Assembly (NCBI RefSeq): GCF_013315695.1
Contig: NZ_CP054356.1
Length of the DNA: 64,000 bases
DNA from: Escherichia coli
GTDB taxonomy: Bacteria > Pseudomonadota > Gammaproteobacteria > Enterobacterales > Enterobacteriaceae
Reading direction: 5' to 3' (one strand)
Below, one piece after another: positions 40,040 to 51,299 of this stretch; within the stretch, counting starts at the first letter, position 1, and each line of letters starts with the position of its first letter. A program made the position numbers and the translations under genes. The notes below the pieces were generated by a model that made no database searches, was not told the origin of the DNA, and saw only the letters and a list, made by a program, of their open reading frames with translations.

Positions 40040-41886
40040 AACGTATTTTACCTCTGATACTGGCTCTGGTTGCCGGCATGGCACAGGCTGACAGCAACAG
40101 TGATTACCGGGCCGGTTCTGATTTTGCCCGTCAGATTCAGGGGCAGGGTACAGGCAGTATTCAGGGCTTTAAGCCACAGGAGAGTATCCCCAGCTATAAC
40201 GCGAATCCGGACGAGACAAAATATTACGGTGGCGTGACTGCCGGCGGGGATGGCGGCCTGAAAAATGACGGCACCACGGAATGGGCGACCGGTGAAACCG
40301 GAAAAACCATCACAGAGTCCTTCATGAACAAGCCGAAAGACATTCTGTCACCGGATGCACCGTTCATTCAGACCGGCAGGGATGTGGTGAACCGGGCTGA
40401 CAGCATTGTGGGAAACACCGGGCAGCAGTGCAGTGCGCAGCAGATAAACCGCAGTGAGTTCACAAACTATACCTGTGAGCGGGACACGATGGTGGAGGAG
40501 TACTGCACACGGACTGCCAGTATCACCGGGGACTGGAAATACACGGATGAATATCGTGAAGTGACGATACCGCACTCACAGTTCCGGTTCAGTATGAACG
40601 GGCTGAAACTGGTGTTCAGTGTCACGGCTCCGGTAACCGGTACAGTGGAAAGTGCATCATTGTCTGTATACGCCGCTTTTTTCTTCCTGAACTCCCGTTA
40701 TACCTTCATGAATACAACCTTTAATGTCGGCCTGGCAAACGGGCAGTCGGATACTTACCCCCTGTCCGGGGCGACAGGTTTGCAGGTGACACAGGGGCAG
40801 GTTCTGACCGGTAGTGGCTGTACTGCTAACGGTAATTGCCTCCCGCACGGGAATGGTGACAGGAAAGTCTATGAATCGCTTGTCAGTGGTGCTTCCACCT
40901 TTACGCTGAAACTCAGGATGAAGGTCCGTGATAAAGAATGGGTTCCCCGGGTGGAGTGGGTGGAGAGTTGTCCGTTTAATAAAGCGGATGGCGTGCTGAC
41001 AGGCACTGAGTGTTCAGAGCCGGGTGGTACGAAAACCGGAGTGATGGAAGGTAAACCCTGGAACATCACACAGGCATGCTGGGCATACCGGGATAAATAT
41101 GTCACTCAGTCCGCAGATAACGGCACCTGTCAGAAATATGTCGATAATCCGGCCTGTACGCTGGCCTCACGTCAGTGCGCGTTTTATTCCGATGAGGGAA
41201 CCTGTCTGCATGAGTACGCCACGTACTCCTGCGAGTCCAGAACATCAGGAAAAGTGATGGTCTGTGGTGGTGATGTCTTCTGCCTTGACGGTGAATGCGA
41301 TAAGGCACAGAGCGGAAAAAACAGTGATTTTGGTGAAGCAGTATCACAGCTGGCTGCGCTTGCCGCCGCAGGTAAGGATGTTGCCGCCCTGAATGGTGTG
41401 GATGTCAGGGCTTTCACGGGTGAGGCGAAATTCTGCCGTAAGGCCGCAGCCGGCTTCAGTAACTGCTGTAAGGATGGCGGCTGGGGTCAGGATGTGGGGC
41501 TGGCGAAGTGCAACAGTGAAGAAAAGGCGCTGGGAAAGGCAAAGGACAACAAACTGACGGTGAGTGTGGGCGAGTTCTGCTCCCGGAAAGTGCTGGGTGT
41601 CTGTCTGCAGAAAAAGCGCAGCTACTGCCAGTTTGATTCGAAGCTGGCGCAGATAGTCCAGCAGCAGGGGCGTAACGGGCAGTTGCGTATCAGTTTTGGC
41701 AGTGCGAAGCATCCTGACTGTCGGGGGATTACGGTTGATGAGCTGCAGAAAATTCAGTTCGACAGACTGGATTTCACTAACTTCTACGAAGACCTGATGA
41801 ATAACCAGAAAATCCCGGACAGTGGCGTTCTGACGCAGAAAGTGAAAGAGCAGATTGCTGACCAGCTGAAACAGGCAGGACAGTAA
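40036..41886 (+). CDS. traN: Mating-pair stabilisation protein TraN
   Basis: 616 aa Cys-rich outer-membrane protein; order. Confidence 0.9.
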   Translation: MKRILPLILALVAGMAQADSNSDYRAGSDFARQIQGQGTGSIQGFKPQESIPSYNANPDETKYYGGVTAGGDGGLKNDGTTEWATGETGKTITESFMNKPKDILSPDAPFIQTGRDVVNRADSIVGNTGQQCSAQQINRSEFTNYTCERDTMVEEYCTRTASITGDWKYTDEYREVTIPHSQFRFSMNGLKLVFSVTAPVTGTVESASLSVYAAFFFLNSRYTFMNTTFNVGLANGQSDTYPLSGATGLQVTQGQVLTGSGCTANGNCLPHGNGDRKVYESLVSGASTFTLKLRMKVRDKEWVPRVEWVESCPFNKADGVLTGTECSEPGGTKTGVMEGKPWNITQACWAYRDKYVTQSADNGTCQKYVDNPACTLASRQCAFYSDEGTCLHEYATYSCESRTSGKVMVCGGDVFCLDGECDKAQSGKNSDFGEAVSQLAALAAAGKDVAALNGVDVRAFTGEAKFCRKAAAGFSNCCKDGGWGQDVGLAKCNSEEKALGKAKDNKLTVSVGEFCSRKVLGVCLQKKRSYCQFDSKLAQIVQQQGRNGQLRISFGSAKHPDCRGITVDELQKIQFDRLDFTNFYEDLMNNQKIPDSGVLTQKVKEQIADQLKQAGQ

Positions 41887-41909
41887 GGTATGGAAAATAA
41901 CCGGGGGAA

Positions 41910-42170
41910 ATGATGAAAGTCATATTCACGTCGAACCGTTTTATTGATTTTCTTATCCGGCTTTTGATTACAGCGATTGTCATTTCCCCGGTAATTATCT
42001 GGTCGTGGGATACGGTAAAAGAAACCACTGCAGGTGAGATGCTTGCTGCTTGTTTTGTTATTTTTTACTCCGGTGTGCTCCTGTTTATTCTGTATTTTTG
42101 TTTTTCTGCCCTGACTGGCCTGCAGAAAGATGATGAAAGAAAAAATGATGAAAGGAATGAAGATGAATAA
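41910..42170 (+). CDS. trbE: Conjugal transfer protein TrbE
   Basis: 86 aa membrane protein; order. Confidence 0.8.
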   Translation: MMKVIFTSNRFIDFLIRLLITAIVISPVIIWSWDTVKETTAGEMLAACFVIFYSGVLLFILYFCFSALTGLQKDDERKNDERNEDE

Positions 42171-42906
42171 AGCATTACTGCCACTGTTACTCTGCTGCTT
42201 TATTTTTCCGGCGTCAGGGAAAGATGCAGGCTGGCAGTGGTATAACGAGAAAATAAATCCGAAGGAAAAAGAAAATAAACCTGTACCTGCAGCCCCCCGT
42301 CAGGAGCCGGATATTATGCAGAAACTGGCCGCGCTGCAGACGGCAACAAAGCGGGCGCTGTACGAAGCCATTCTGTATCCCGGCGTGGATAATTTTGTGA
42401 AATATTTCCGGCTGCAGAATTACTGGACTCAGCAGGCCGGGCTTTTCACCATGAGTGCTAAAAAGGCCATGCTGGCACATCCCGAACTGGACTATAACCT
42501 GCAGTACAGCCATTACAACGGCACGGTACGGAACCAGCTGGCGGCAGACCAGGCGCAGCAGCGACAGGCCATTGCGAAACTGGCTGAACACTACGGCATC
42601 ATGTTTTTTTACCGGGGGCAGGACCCCATCGACGGGCAACTGGCGCAGGTCATTAATGGCTTCCGGGATACGTATGGTCTGAGTGTTATTCCCGTTTCCG
42701 TGGATGGCGTGATTAATCCGCTGTTGCCGGATTCCCGGACTGACCAGGGGCAGGCGCAGCGCCTCGGCGTGAAATATTTCCCGGCCATGATGCTGGTTGA
42801 CCCGAAACAGGGCAGTGTTCGCCCGTTATCATACGGCTTTATTTCGCAGGACGACCTGGCAAAACAATTCCTGAACGTTTCTGAAGATTTTAAACCGAAT
42901 TTTTAA
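42163..42906 (+). CDS. traF: Pilus assembly protein TraF (thioredoxin-like fold)
   Basis: MNKALLPLLLCCFIFPASG signal peptide; track ORF starts upstream at 42130. Confidence 0.85.
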   Translation: MNKALLPLLLCCFIFPASGKDAGWQWYNEKINPKEKENKPVPAAPRQEPDIMQKLAALQTATKRALYEAILYPGVDNFVKYFRLQNYWTQQAGLFTMSAKKAMLAHPELDYNLQYSHYNGTVRNQLAADQAQQRQAIAKLAEHYGIMFFYRGQDPIDGQLAQVINGFRDTYGLSVIPVSVDGVINPLLPDSRTDQGQAQRLGVKYFPAMMLVDPKQGSVRPLSYGFISQDDLAKQFLNVSEDFKPNF

Positions 42907-42919
42907 CCAAAGGTTATAT

Positions 42920-43264
42920 ATGCATACAGGGGATTTGTGTTTTTTTACAGGTGCCAGCCTGTTTATCGTGGGGGTTGTTGGTTATTTCTTTACAGGACCA
43001 AATAATAAAGGAGTTTATCTGCTGAGCTCGTTTGTCTTCTTTGTAGTAAATGTCATAAGTGTATGTATGCTGCCAGATAATTTCTTGTTTCTTTGTGGTG
43101 CGGTTATGAATCAGTGTGCCGTACCGGTTGTTTCAATGGCAGTCAGTACCATACCGGTTATCACGAAGTTTGACAGTTTCAGAAGGATGTTTGTTTGTAT
43201 TATGTTGTCATCAGCATGGTCCGGAGTGATGTGGTTTTTTATAAGGGGGCTTATGACAGGCTAA
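42920..43264 (+). CDS. trbA: Conjugal transfer protein TrbA
   Basis: 114 aa membrane protein in trbA position. Confidence 0.7.
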   Translation: MHTGDLCFFTGASLFIVGVVGYFFTGPNNKGVYLLSSFVFFVVNVISVCMLPDNFLFLCGAVMNQCAVPVVSMAVSTIPVITKFDSFRRMFVCIMLSSAWSGVMWFFIRGLMTG

Positions 43265-43382
43265 GTCATATAAAACGGTAATAAAAACCATACAAAATAA
43301 TGAGGTTGATCTGATTAATATCACACAAACGCGAATATTACAGACATGAATACTCTCATGTAAATAATAACCGGAGTTTAAC

Positions 43383-43667
43383 ATGATAAGTAAACGCAGA
43401 TTCTCTTTACCACGGCTTGATATTACGGGAATGTGGGTATTTTCCCTGGGTGTCTGGTTTCATATCGTCGCCCGTCTTGTTTACAGCAAACCCTGGATGG
43501 CTTTTTTTCTGGCGGAGTTGATTGCGGCCATCCTTGTGCTGTTCGGCGCATACCAGGTGCTGGATGCATGGATTGCACGTGTCAGCCTGGAAGAGCGTGA
43601 GGCACTGGAAGCCAGGCAACAGGCCATGATGGAAGGGCAGCAGGAGGGCGGACATGTCTCTCACTAA
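43383..43667 (+). CDS. traQ: Pilin chaperone TraQ
   Basis: 94 aa membrane protein; size and order. Confidence 0.8.
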   Translation: MISKRRFSLPRLDITGMWVFSLGVWFHIVARLVYSKPWMAFFLAELIAAILVLFGAYQVLDAWIARVSLEEREALEARQQAMMEGQQEGGHVSH

Positions 43668-44199
43668 ATTACTGCCGGTCATTTTGTTGATGATGGCCAC
43701 AGGTGTGCAGGCCTCCACCCGGGATGAAATTGAACGACTCTGGAATCCGCAGGGTATGGCCGTGCAGCCTGCACAACCGGCAGCAGACACATCAGCCAGA
43801 ACAGAAAAGCCGGCTCCCCGCTGGTTCCGCCTCAGCAACGGCAGGCAGGTTAACCTGGCCGACTGGAAGGTGGTGCTGTTTATGCAGGGGCATTGCCCTT
43901 ACTGTCACCAGTTTGACCCGGTACTGAAACAGCTGGCACAGCAGTACGGCTTTTCCGTTTTTCCCTACACCCTGGATGGTCAGGGGGATACCGCCTTTCC
44001 GGAAGCATTACCGGTGCCACCGGACGTGATGCAGACCTTCTTCCCGAATATCCCGGTGGCCACACCGACCACCTTCCTGGTCAACGTCAACACACTTGAG
44101 GCATTACCGCTTTTGCAGGGGGCAACGGATGCCGCCAGTTTTATGGCGCGGATGGATACCGTTCTGCAGATGTACGGAGAGGAAAAAGGTACGAAATAA
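43654..44199 (+). CDS. trbB: Periplasmic disulfide isomerase-like TrbB
   Basis: Thioredoxin motif CPYC; signal peptide. Confidence 0.85.
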   Translation: MSLTKLLPVILLMMATGVQASTRDEIERLWNPQGMAVQPAQPAADTSARTEKPAPRWFRLSNGRQVNLADWKVVLFMQGHCPYCHQFDPVLKQLAQQYGFSVFPYTLDGQGDTAFPEALPVPPDVMQTFFPNIPVATPTTFLVNVNTLEALPLLQGATDAASFMARMDTVLQMYGEEKGTK

Positions 44200-44203
44200 G
44201 CAG

Positions 44204-44476
44204 GTGGTGTTACTCATTGCCGGAATATCCGGCATCGCGACGGGAATAATCGTCAGCCTGAATATCCCCTTTATCCGTCAGGGGCTTTTTTATCCCGCCA
44301 GCCCTGTGGAAATTGTCGTTTCGCTGTGTCTTACCTTTTCTGTTTCTGTTGTGTTTTTTGTGGGGGCAATTGTGGGATGGATTTCGGTGTCTGAAATATA
44401 TTACAGCCGCATGAACGGCCTGAATGAATCATCGGAAATATCAGAGGAAACTTATAATGAAAGAAAAAAGAAATGA
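44204..44476 (+). CDS. trbJ: Conjugal transfer protein TrbJ
   Basis: Probable GTG start just after trbB stop; about 90 aa membrane protein; track ORF 44096 is in the same frame. Confidence 0.6.
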   Translation: MVLLIAGISGIATGIIVSLNIPFIRQGLFYPASPVEIVVSLCLTFSVSVVFFVGAIVGWISVSEIYYSRMNGLNESSEISEETYNERKKK

Positions 44477-44849
44477 TGCGGAACTAAAAAACAGAAAAAC
44501 TAAACGGGATTATGATTATGAACGCAGGGTTTCTGATATATATTTTGATCTGTTTTTTGTGTTCGTTGCTGCCGGAACTTTTTTATGGGTGATTATGCAT
44601 AGTATTTTTGATGCCTGTATTGATTCGTGGAAAGCTGACCCGGAATTAAATAATTTTCGTTATATGTGGAACATCCTGATGTATGTCATTCCGTATACGT
44701 TATGGGCGTTTGCAGGTGGATTTCTTATCGTATACGTCAGGAACCCTTTAAATGAATTAATAAACGGGGGGATCAGAATATTCCGGCTGAAACGCCGTAT
44801 GCGCCGGGAGAACAAATTAAGGGAGGGTGGCAATAATGCTTCGCATTAA
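44457..44849 (+). CDS. trbF: Conjugal transfer protein TrbF
   Basis: ATG 44457 (MKEKRNDAEL..), membrane protein; order. Confidence 0.65.
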   Translation: MKEKRNDAELKNRKTKRDYDYERRVSDIYFDLFFVFVAAGTFLWVIMHSIFDACIDSWKADPELNNFRYMWNILMYVIPYTLWAFAGGFLIVYVRNPLNELINGGIRIFRLKRRMRRENKLREGGNNASH

Positions 44850-46209
44850 ACCTCTTCTGGTTCTTTGTGCCGCTTTACTGACGGTCACACCCGCAGCGTC
44901 AGCGGATGTGAACAGCGACATGAATCAGTTCTTTAATAAGCTGGGATTTGCTTCCAATACCACACAACCGGGCGTCTGGCAGGGGCAGGCCGCCGGGTAT
45001 GCCTATGGTGGCTCCCTGTATGCCCGCACCCAGGTCAAAAATATCCAGCTGATTTCCATGACGCTGCCGGATATCAATGCCGGATGTGGCGGCATCGACG
45101 CCTATCTCGGCTCGTTCAGTTTTATTAATGGCGATCAGTTGCAGCGTTTTGTTAAGCAGATTATGAGCAACGCTGCCGGTTACTTTTTTGACCTTGCCCT
45201 GCAGGCAACGGTGCCGGAAATCAAAACCGCAAAAGACTTCCTGCAGAAAATGGCAAGCGACATTAACAGTATGAACCTCAGCTCCTGTCAGGTGGCGCAG
45301 GGGATTGTCGGAGGATTATTTCCTCAGACTCAGGTGTCACAGCAGAAGGTCTGTCAGGACATTGCCGGTGAGAGCAATATTTTTGCTGACTGGGCCGCGT
45401 CCCGTCAGGGCTGCACGGTCGGAGGACAGTCATCGTCTGTTCGTGACAAGGCCAGTGACAAAGATAAGGAACGGGTGCTGAAGAACATCAATATCATCTG
45501 GGACTCGCTGTCCAAAAACAGGATGCTTGATGGTAACAAAGAACTGAAAGAATTTATTATGACGCTCACCGGTACGCTGATTTTTGGGGAAGACAGCGAG
45601 ATTACCCCCCTGCCGGCGCGTACCACTGACCGCGATATCCTCCGGGCGATTATGGAGGGGGGAACGGCAAAAGTTTATCACTGCAACGATTCGGACAAGT
45701 GTCTGAAGGTGGTGGCGGATGCAAATGTGACCATCGCCCGGGATAAAGCCCTGAAATCACAGATTACAAAACTGCTCACCAGTATTCAGAATAAAGCGGT
45801 GAGTGATACTCCACTGGATGACAGGGAAAAAGGCTTCATTTCCAGCACCACCGTCCCCGTCTTTAAATATCTTATTGACCCGCAGATGCTCGGTGTGTCC
45901 AGCAGCGTGGTTTACCAGCTGACGGACTATATCGGCTACGACATCATGCTCCAGTACATTCAGGAACTGCTTCAGCAGGCCCGGGCCATGATTGCCACCG
46001 GGAACTATCCACAGACCGTGCTGGACAGTGTGCTGGAGAATCTGAATCAGGCACAGCAACAGATTGCGGTTTTCCAGGGGCAGGTAAAGGTCCAGCAGGA
46101 TGCATTGCTGGTTGTTGACCGTCAGATGAGCTACATGCGCCAGCAGCTTTCCGCCCGCATGCTCAGCCGTTACCAGAACAACTATCACTTCGGAGGGAGC
46201 ACGCTGTGA
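44836..46209 (+). CDS. traH: Pilus assembly protein TraH
   Basis: MLRIKPLLVLCAALLTVTPAASA signal peptide; 457 aa. Confidence 0.9.
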   Translation: MLRIKPLLVLCAALLTVTPAASADVNSDMNQFFNKLGFASNTTQPGVWQGQAAGYAYGGSLYARTQVKNIQLISMTLPDINAGCGGIDAYLGSFSFINGDQLQRFVKQIMSNAAGYFFDLALQATVPEIKTAKDFLQKMASDINSMNLSSCQVAQGIVGGLFPQTQVSQQKVCQDIAGESNIFADWAASRQGCTVGGQSSSVRDKASDKDKERVLKNINIIWDSLSKNRMLDGNKELKEFIMTLTGTLIFGEDSEITPLPARTTDRDILRAIMEGGTAKVYHCNDSDKCLKVVADANVTIARDKALKSQITKLLTSIQNKAVSDTPLDDREKGFISSTTVPVFKYLIDPQMLGVSSSVVYQLTDYIGYDIMLQYIQELLQQARAMIATGNYPQTVLDSVLENLNQAQQQIAVFQGQVKVQQDALLVVDRQMSYMRQQLSARMLSRYQNNYHFGGSTL

Positions 46210-49028
46210 ATGAAGTCTATGTGATTGCCGGTGGTGAGTGGTTAAGCAATAACCTGAACGCCATTGCCGCCTTTATGGGGACCCGGACGTGGGATTCCAT
46301 CGAAAAAATTGCGCTCACATTGTCTGTTCTCGCGGTGGCCGTGATGTGGGTACAGCGGCACAACGTGATGGATTTGCTGGGCTGGGTGGCCGTGTTTGTG
46401 CTTATCAGCCTGCTGGTTAATGTCCGTACATCGGTGCAGATTATTGATAACAGTGACCTGGTCAAAGTTCACCGGGTGGATAATGTGCCGGTCGGACTGG
46501 CGATGCCACTTTCACTGACGACCCGTATCGGGCATGCAATGGTGGCCAGTTACGAGATGATATTCACCCAGCCGGACAGTGTCACCTACAGCAAAACGGG
46601 GATGCTGTTCGGCGCAGAACTGGTATCAAAAAGCACCGACTTTTTGTCCCGCAATCCGGAAATCGCCAATCTTTTTCAGGATTATGTGCAGAACTGTGTG
46701 ATGGGGGATATTTACCTGAACCACAAATACACGCTGGAGGAGCTGATGGCCTCCGCTGATCCCTACACGCTGATTTTTTCCCGCCCCAGTCCGCTGCGGG
46801 GCGTTTACGACAGCAATAATAATTTCGTGACCTGTAAGGACGCGTCGGTTTCGCTGAAAGACAAGCTGAATCTGGACACACAGAGTGGCGGAAAAACCTG
46901 GCATTATTATGCCCAGCAGTTATTTGGTGGTCGCCCTGATCCGAACCTGTTGTTCAGTACGCTGATTGGCGACAGTTACAGTTACTTCTATGGCTCAAGT
47001 AAATCAGCCAGCCAGATCATCCGCCAGAATGTCACCATCAATGCGCTGAAGGAGGGGATCACCAGTTATGCCGCACGTAATGGTGATTCGGCCAGCCTGG
47101 TGAATCTGGCCACCACATCATCGATGGAGAAGCAACGTCTGGCACATGTCTCCATCGGTCATGTGGCGATGCGGACACTGCCCATGACGCAGACCATCCT
47201 GACGGGGATCGCCATCGGTATTTTCCCGCTCCTGGTACTGGCGGCTGTCTTCAACAAACTGACGCTGTCCGTCCTGAAAGGCTATGTGTTTGCCCTGATG
47301 TGGTTGCAGTCATGGCCAATGTTGTACGCCATTCTGAACAGTGCCATGACATTTTATGCGAAGCAGAACGGTGCACCGGTGGTGCTCTCAGAAATTTCAC
47401 AGATACAGCTGAAATACTCCGATCTGGCTTCCACTGCCGGGTATCTTTCCATGATGATCCCGCCATTATCCTGGATGATGGTCAGGGGACTCGGGGCCGG
47501 ATTTTCCAGTGTGTACAGCCATTTCGCTTCCTCTGCTATCAGCCCGACCGCCAGTGCGGCAGGCAGTGTGGTTGACGGTAATTACTCCTACGGCAACATG
47601 CAGACGGAAAACGTGAACGGCTTCAGCTGGAGCACCAACAGCACCACGTCGTTTGGTCAGATGATGTACCAGACCGGCAGTGGCGCAACTGCCACACAGA
47701 CCCGTGACGGTAATATGGTGATGGATGCGAGCGGGGCGATGTCCCGGTTACCGGTTGGTATCAATGCAACGCGTCAGATTGCAGCGGCACAACAGGAAAT
47801 GGCCCGGGAGGCGTCGAACAGAGCAGAAAGCGCCCTGCATGGGTTCAGCAGCAGTATTGCCAGTGCCTGGAACTCGCTCAGCCAGTTTGGTTCTAACCGG
47901 GGGAGCAGTGATTCTGTCACAGGTGGTGCTGACAGCACGATGAGCGCACAGGACTCCATGATGGCCAGCCGTATGCGCAGTGCAGTGGAAAGCTATGCGA
48001 AGGCGCATAATATCAGTAATGAGCAGGCGACTCAGGAACTGGCATCCAGAAGTACGAGAACTTCTGCCGGGATGTATGGAGATGCTCATGCTGAATGGGG
48101 GGTTAAACCTAAAATTCTTGGTGTTGGTGGAGGATTAGGCGTTAGAGGTGGTGGTCGGGCTGGTATTGATTGGGAAGATAATGATGCGCATACGGCAAGT
48201 AGTAATACTCAGTCGAGCCATAATGCTCGTCATGATATCGATGCCAGAGCTACACAAGACTTTAAAGAGGCCAGCGATTACTTTACCAGTCGCAAGGTCA
48301 GTGAGTCCGGCAGCCATACTGACAATAATGCTGATTCCCGTGTGGATCAGTTGTCTGCAGCCCTGAATTCAGCGAAGCAGAGTTACGACCAGTACACGAC
48401 GAATATGACCCGCAGCCATGAATATGCTGAAATGGCATCCCGTACTGAAAGCATGAGTGGGCAGATGAGTGAAGACCTGTCGCAACAGTTTGCACAGTAT
48501 GTAATGAAACACGCGCCACAGGATGCAGAAGCTATTCTGACAAACACCAGTTCACCGGAGATTGCAGAACGTCGTCGGGCGATGGCCTGGTCTTTTGTGC
48601 AGGAACAGGTACAGCCTGGTGTTGATAATGCCTGGCGGGAATCCCGTGGTGATATTGGTAAAGGAATGGAGAGCGTACCTTCGGGTGGTGGCAGTCAGGA
48701 TATTATTGCTGACCATCAGGGACATCAGGCCATTATTGAGCAAAGAACGCAGGACAGTAATATCCGTAATGATGTAAAACATCAGGTTGATAATATGGTC
48801 ACAGAATATAAAGGGAATATAGGTGATACTCAGAACAGCGTACGTGGCGAGGAAAATATTGTAAGAGGACAGTATTCTGAACTGCAGAATCACCATAAAA
48901 CAGAGGCATTATCTCAGAATAATAAATATAATGAAGAAAAGTCGGCTCAGGAAAGAATGCCCGGGGCTGACAGTCCACAGGAACTTATGAAAAGGGCAAA
49001 GGAATATCAGGATAAGTATAAGCAATAA
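46206..49028 (+). CDS. traG: Mating-pair stabilisation / entry-exclusion protein TraG
   Basis: 940 aa, N-terminal multi-TM domain and large periplasmic domain. Confidence 0.92.
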   Translation: MNEVYVIAGGEWLSNNLNAIAAFMGTRTWDSIEKIALTLSVLAVAVMWVQRHNVMDLLGWVAVFVLISLLVNVRTSVQIIDNSDLVKVHRVDNVPVGLAMPLSLTTRIGHAMVASYEMIFTQPDSVTYSKTGMLFGAELVSKSTDFLSRNPEIANLFQDYVQNCVMGDIYLNHKYTLEELMASADPYTLIFSRPSPLRGVYDSNNNFVTCKDASVSLKDKLNLDTQSGGKTWHYYAQQLFGGRPDPNLLFSTLIGDSYSYFYGSSKSASQIIRQNVTINALKEGITSYAARNGDSASLVNLATTSSMEKQRLAHVSIGHVAMRTLPMTQTILTGIAIGIFPLLVLAAVFNKLTLSVLKGYVFALMWLQSWPMLYAILNSAMTFYAKQNGAPVVLSEISQIQLKYSDLASTAGYLSMMIPPLSWMMVRGLGAGFSSVYSHFASSAISPTASAAGSVVDGNYSYGNMQTENVNGFSWSTNSTTSFGQMMYQTGSGATATQTRDGNMVMDASGAMSRLPVGINATRQIAAAQQEMAREASNRAESALHGFSSSIASAWNSLSQFGSNRGSSDSVTGGADSTMSAQDSMMASRMRSAVESYAKAHNISNEQATQELASRSTRTSAGMYGDAHAEWGVKPKILGVGGGLGVRGGGRAGIDWEDNDAHTASSNTQSSHNARHDIDARATQDFKEASDYFTSRKVSESGSHTDNNADSRVDQLSAALNSAKQSYDQYTTNMTRSHEYAEMASRTESMSGQMSEDLSQQFAQYVMKHAPQDAEAILTNTSSPEIAERRRAMAWSFVQEQVQPGVDNAWRESRGDIGKGMESVPSGGGSQDIIADHQGHQAIIEQRTQDSNIRNDVKHQVDNMVTEYKGNIGDTQNSVRGEENIVRGQYSELQNHHKTEALSQNNKYNEEKSAQERMPGADSPQELMKRAKEYQDKYKQ

Positions 49029-49043
49029 TGCTGTTTTTGGGAG

Positions 49044-49529
49044 ATGATAATGAGATGTTTAACCCATATTACTCTGGTAACGGTGATACAGTTTATCGCC
49101 TGTTATCTGGCTGGTTGGGGGAATGCCGAAACAATTTTTATGCTGTTCTTCATAGTACTATGGCAGGGACTGTTTATATGGTTGTTCTCTCAAATACGAA
49201 AAAAACGGAATGTGTCGGATGAGTTTAAGTTTAGTAAAGGCGTTTGGTATATAACGATGCCAGTATCTTCCTTACTCTCTCCATTATTAAGCCTGATGGT
49301 TTTTATCATTGGTACACTATACGAATTAAGGCGAGTTAGTGGTTGTGTAAGCGTAAGAGAATGGATGCAATCTCAGGTAAATGAACAAACTAATGAAGAT
49401 TTGCATCTGGATTTTGATAATATGGATTTTCATCGTACTAATCCTGCAACAGGGTTACCTATGTCAGGTATTGGTGTGGATATCGGTGGTAATTCATATG
49501 GTTATAGTTCAAAACGATATGATGAGTGA
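49044..49529 (+). CDS. traS: Entry exclusion protein TraS
   Basis: Hydrophobic inner-membrane protein directly after traG. Confidence 0.75.
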   Translation: MIMRCLTHITLVTVIQFIACYLAGWGNAETIFMLFFIVLWQGLFIWLFSQIRKKRNVSDEFKFSKGVWYITMPVSSLLSPLLSLMVFIIGTLYELRRVSGCVSVREWMQSQVNEQTNEDLHLDFDNMDFHRTNPATGLPMSGIGVDIGGNSYGYSSKRYDE

Positions 49530-49574
49530 ATCTTAATTTGTATATTATGACGTTTTATTCAATATGAAGGAACA

Positions 49575-50309
49575 TTGATGAAAATGAAAAAATTGATGAT
49601 GGTTGCACTGGTCAGTTCCACTCTGGCCCTTTCAGGGTGTGGTGCGATGAGCACAGCAATCAAGAAGCGTAACCTTGAGGTGAAGACTCAGATGAGTGAG
49701 ACCATCTGGCTTGAACCCGCCAGCGAACGCACGGTATTTCTGCAGATCAAAAACACGTCTGATAAAGACATGAGTGGGCTGCAGGGCAAAATTGCTGATG
49801 CTGTGAAAGCAAAAGGATATCAGGTGGTGACTTCTCCGGATAAAGCCTACTACTGGATTCAGGCGAATGTGCTGAAGGCTGATAAGATGGATCTGCGGGA
49901 GTCTCAGGGATGGCTGAACCGTGGTTATGAAGGCGCAGCTGTTGGTGCAGCGTTAGGTGCCGGTATTACCGGCTATAACTCAAATTCTGCCGGTGCCACA
50001 CTCGGTGTAGGCCTTGCTGCTGGTCTGGTGGGTATGGCTGCAGATGCGATGGTGGAAGATGTGAACTATACCATGATCACGGATGTACAGATTGCAGAGC
50101 GTACTAAGGCAACGGTGACAACGGATAATGTTGCCGCCCTGCGTCAGGGCACATCAGGTGCGAAAATTCAGACCAGTACTGAAACAGGTAACCAGCATAA
50201 ATACCAGACCCGTGTGGTTTCAAATGCGAACAAGGTTAACCTGAAATTTGAAGAGGCGAAGCCTGTTCTCGAAGACCAACTGGCCAAATCAATCGCAAAT
50301 ATTCTCTGA
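49575..50309 (+). CDS. traT: Surface exclusion / serum-resistance lipoprotein TraT
   Basis: [21 protein letters not shown] lipobox; matches TraT. Confidence 0.95.
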   Translation: MMKMKKLMMVALVSSTLALSGCGAMSTAIKKRNLEVKTQMSETIWLEPASERTVFLQIKNTSDKDMSGLQGKIADAVKAKGYQVVTSPDKAYYWIQANVLKADKMDLRESQGWLNRGYEGAAVGAALGAGITGYNSNSAGATLGVGLAAGLVGMAADAMVEDVNYTMITDVQIAERTKATVTTDNVAALRQGTSGAKIQTSTETGNQHKYQTRVVSNANKVNLKFEEAKPVLEDQLAKSIANIL

Positions 50310-50511
50310 ACCTCGTCAGGAGGCTGATCTGACCGGCCTCCTTGCTGACGCCTCGCGTTGCTCGTTGTCCAACCCCGGGATGTAACAAAATAAATTTTGT
50401 CACCTCCCGGCGTTTCCGAAATAAATATGAAAACACTGAGCGGTTGTGCAAATTCTTTGTGCGACCGTGAAGTGTTGCCGGCGAAGCCGGGATCTTCCGG
50501 AGAAAGTCATT

Positions 50512-51249
50512 ATGACATCAGACAATATCGCTGAATATGTTGGTGAGAATAATCAATTTACTGAGAAGCCTGTAACTGAATACCCCCCGGTGATACAGGA
50601 TAATACAGTGACCACTAAAGACTATCTGTACAGCAATAATATTGATACTGACCTTTTAGTGGTTATCGGAGGGCTTATTGTTATATTGTTTCTCATGATG
50701 CTTATCATGTACTTTATTAATTCTCTCAGGCATAAGGAATTAACTGAAATACTGGAAAAAATATCTTTTCCTGAAAAATCCGGGAGCAATTTGCTTAAAC
50801 CGGAGGCGGTCAGCTGTAATTTGTTGTCCCTGTGTGTGCTGGCACCGGTACTCTGTACACCCAGAAAGCTGGCAGAAGTCTCCAGGGAGATCATCGTGGC
50901 GAGTGCGCAGGAAATTGCATGGACGCCGGGGAGCAGTCGTATTGATGGTCATCAGGGCGAAAATATTACCTGGTCTCTGTCATCGCAGTCTCCTGCCGAT
51001 AAGTATGATCTCATCAATAAAACCTCCCGTGTTTCTCCTGACAGTGGCCGTTTTTATGAACCGGACACAGTTCTGGATCACCGTGAACGGGTACGCCTTT
51101 TTATTCAGATCCAGTTTCCGCACGGGAGTGACTGGTCTGAAGTATTGCGACTGACTGACATTGTTACAGAGAAGGTCTCTTCCGGCAGGGCTGCAGGCGG
51201 GTATCACCACCGGCATACAGGGTACACCTGGTCTGTTTCTGTGAATTAA
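50512..51249 (+). CDS. Hypothetical membrane-anchored protein inserted between traT and traD
   Basis: RBS GGAG before ATG 50512; one TM helix ([22 protein letters not shown]); AT-rich. Confidence 0.5.
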   Translation: MTSDNIAEYVGENNQFTEKPVTEYPPVIQDNTVTTKDYLYSNNIDTDLLVVIGGLIVILFLMMLIMYFINSLRHKELTEILEKISFPEKSGSNLLKPEAVSCNLLSLCVLAPVLCTPRKLAEVSREIIVASAQEIAWTPGSSRIDGHQGENITWSLSSQSPADKYDLINKTSRVSPDSGRFYEPDTVLDHRERVRLFIQIQFPHGSDWSEVLRLTDIVTEKVSSGRAAGGYHHRHTGYTWSVSVN

Positions 51250-51299
51250 CCCCACATCATCCTTTTCTGCCCTGTTCCAGATTTTCCCGGAGTTTCATC

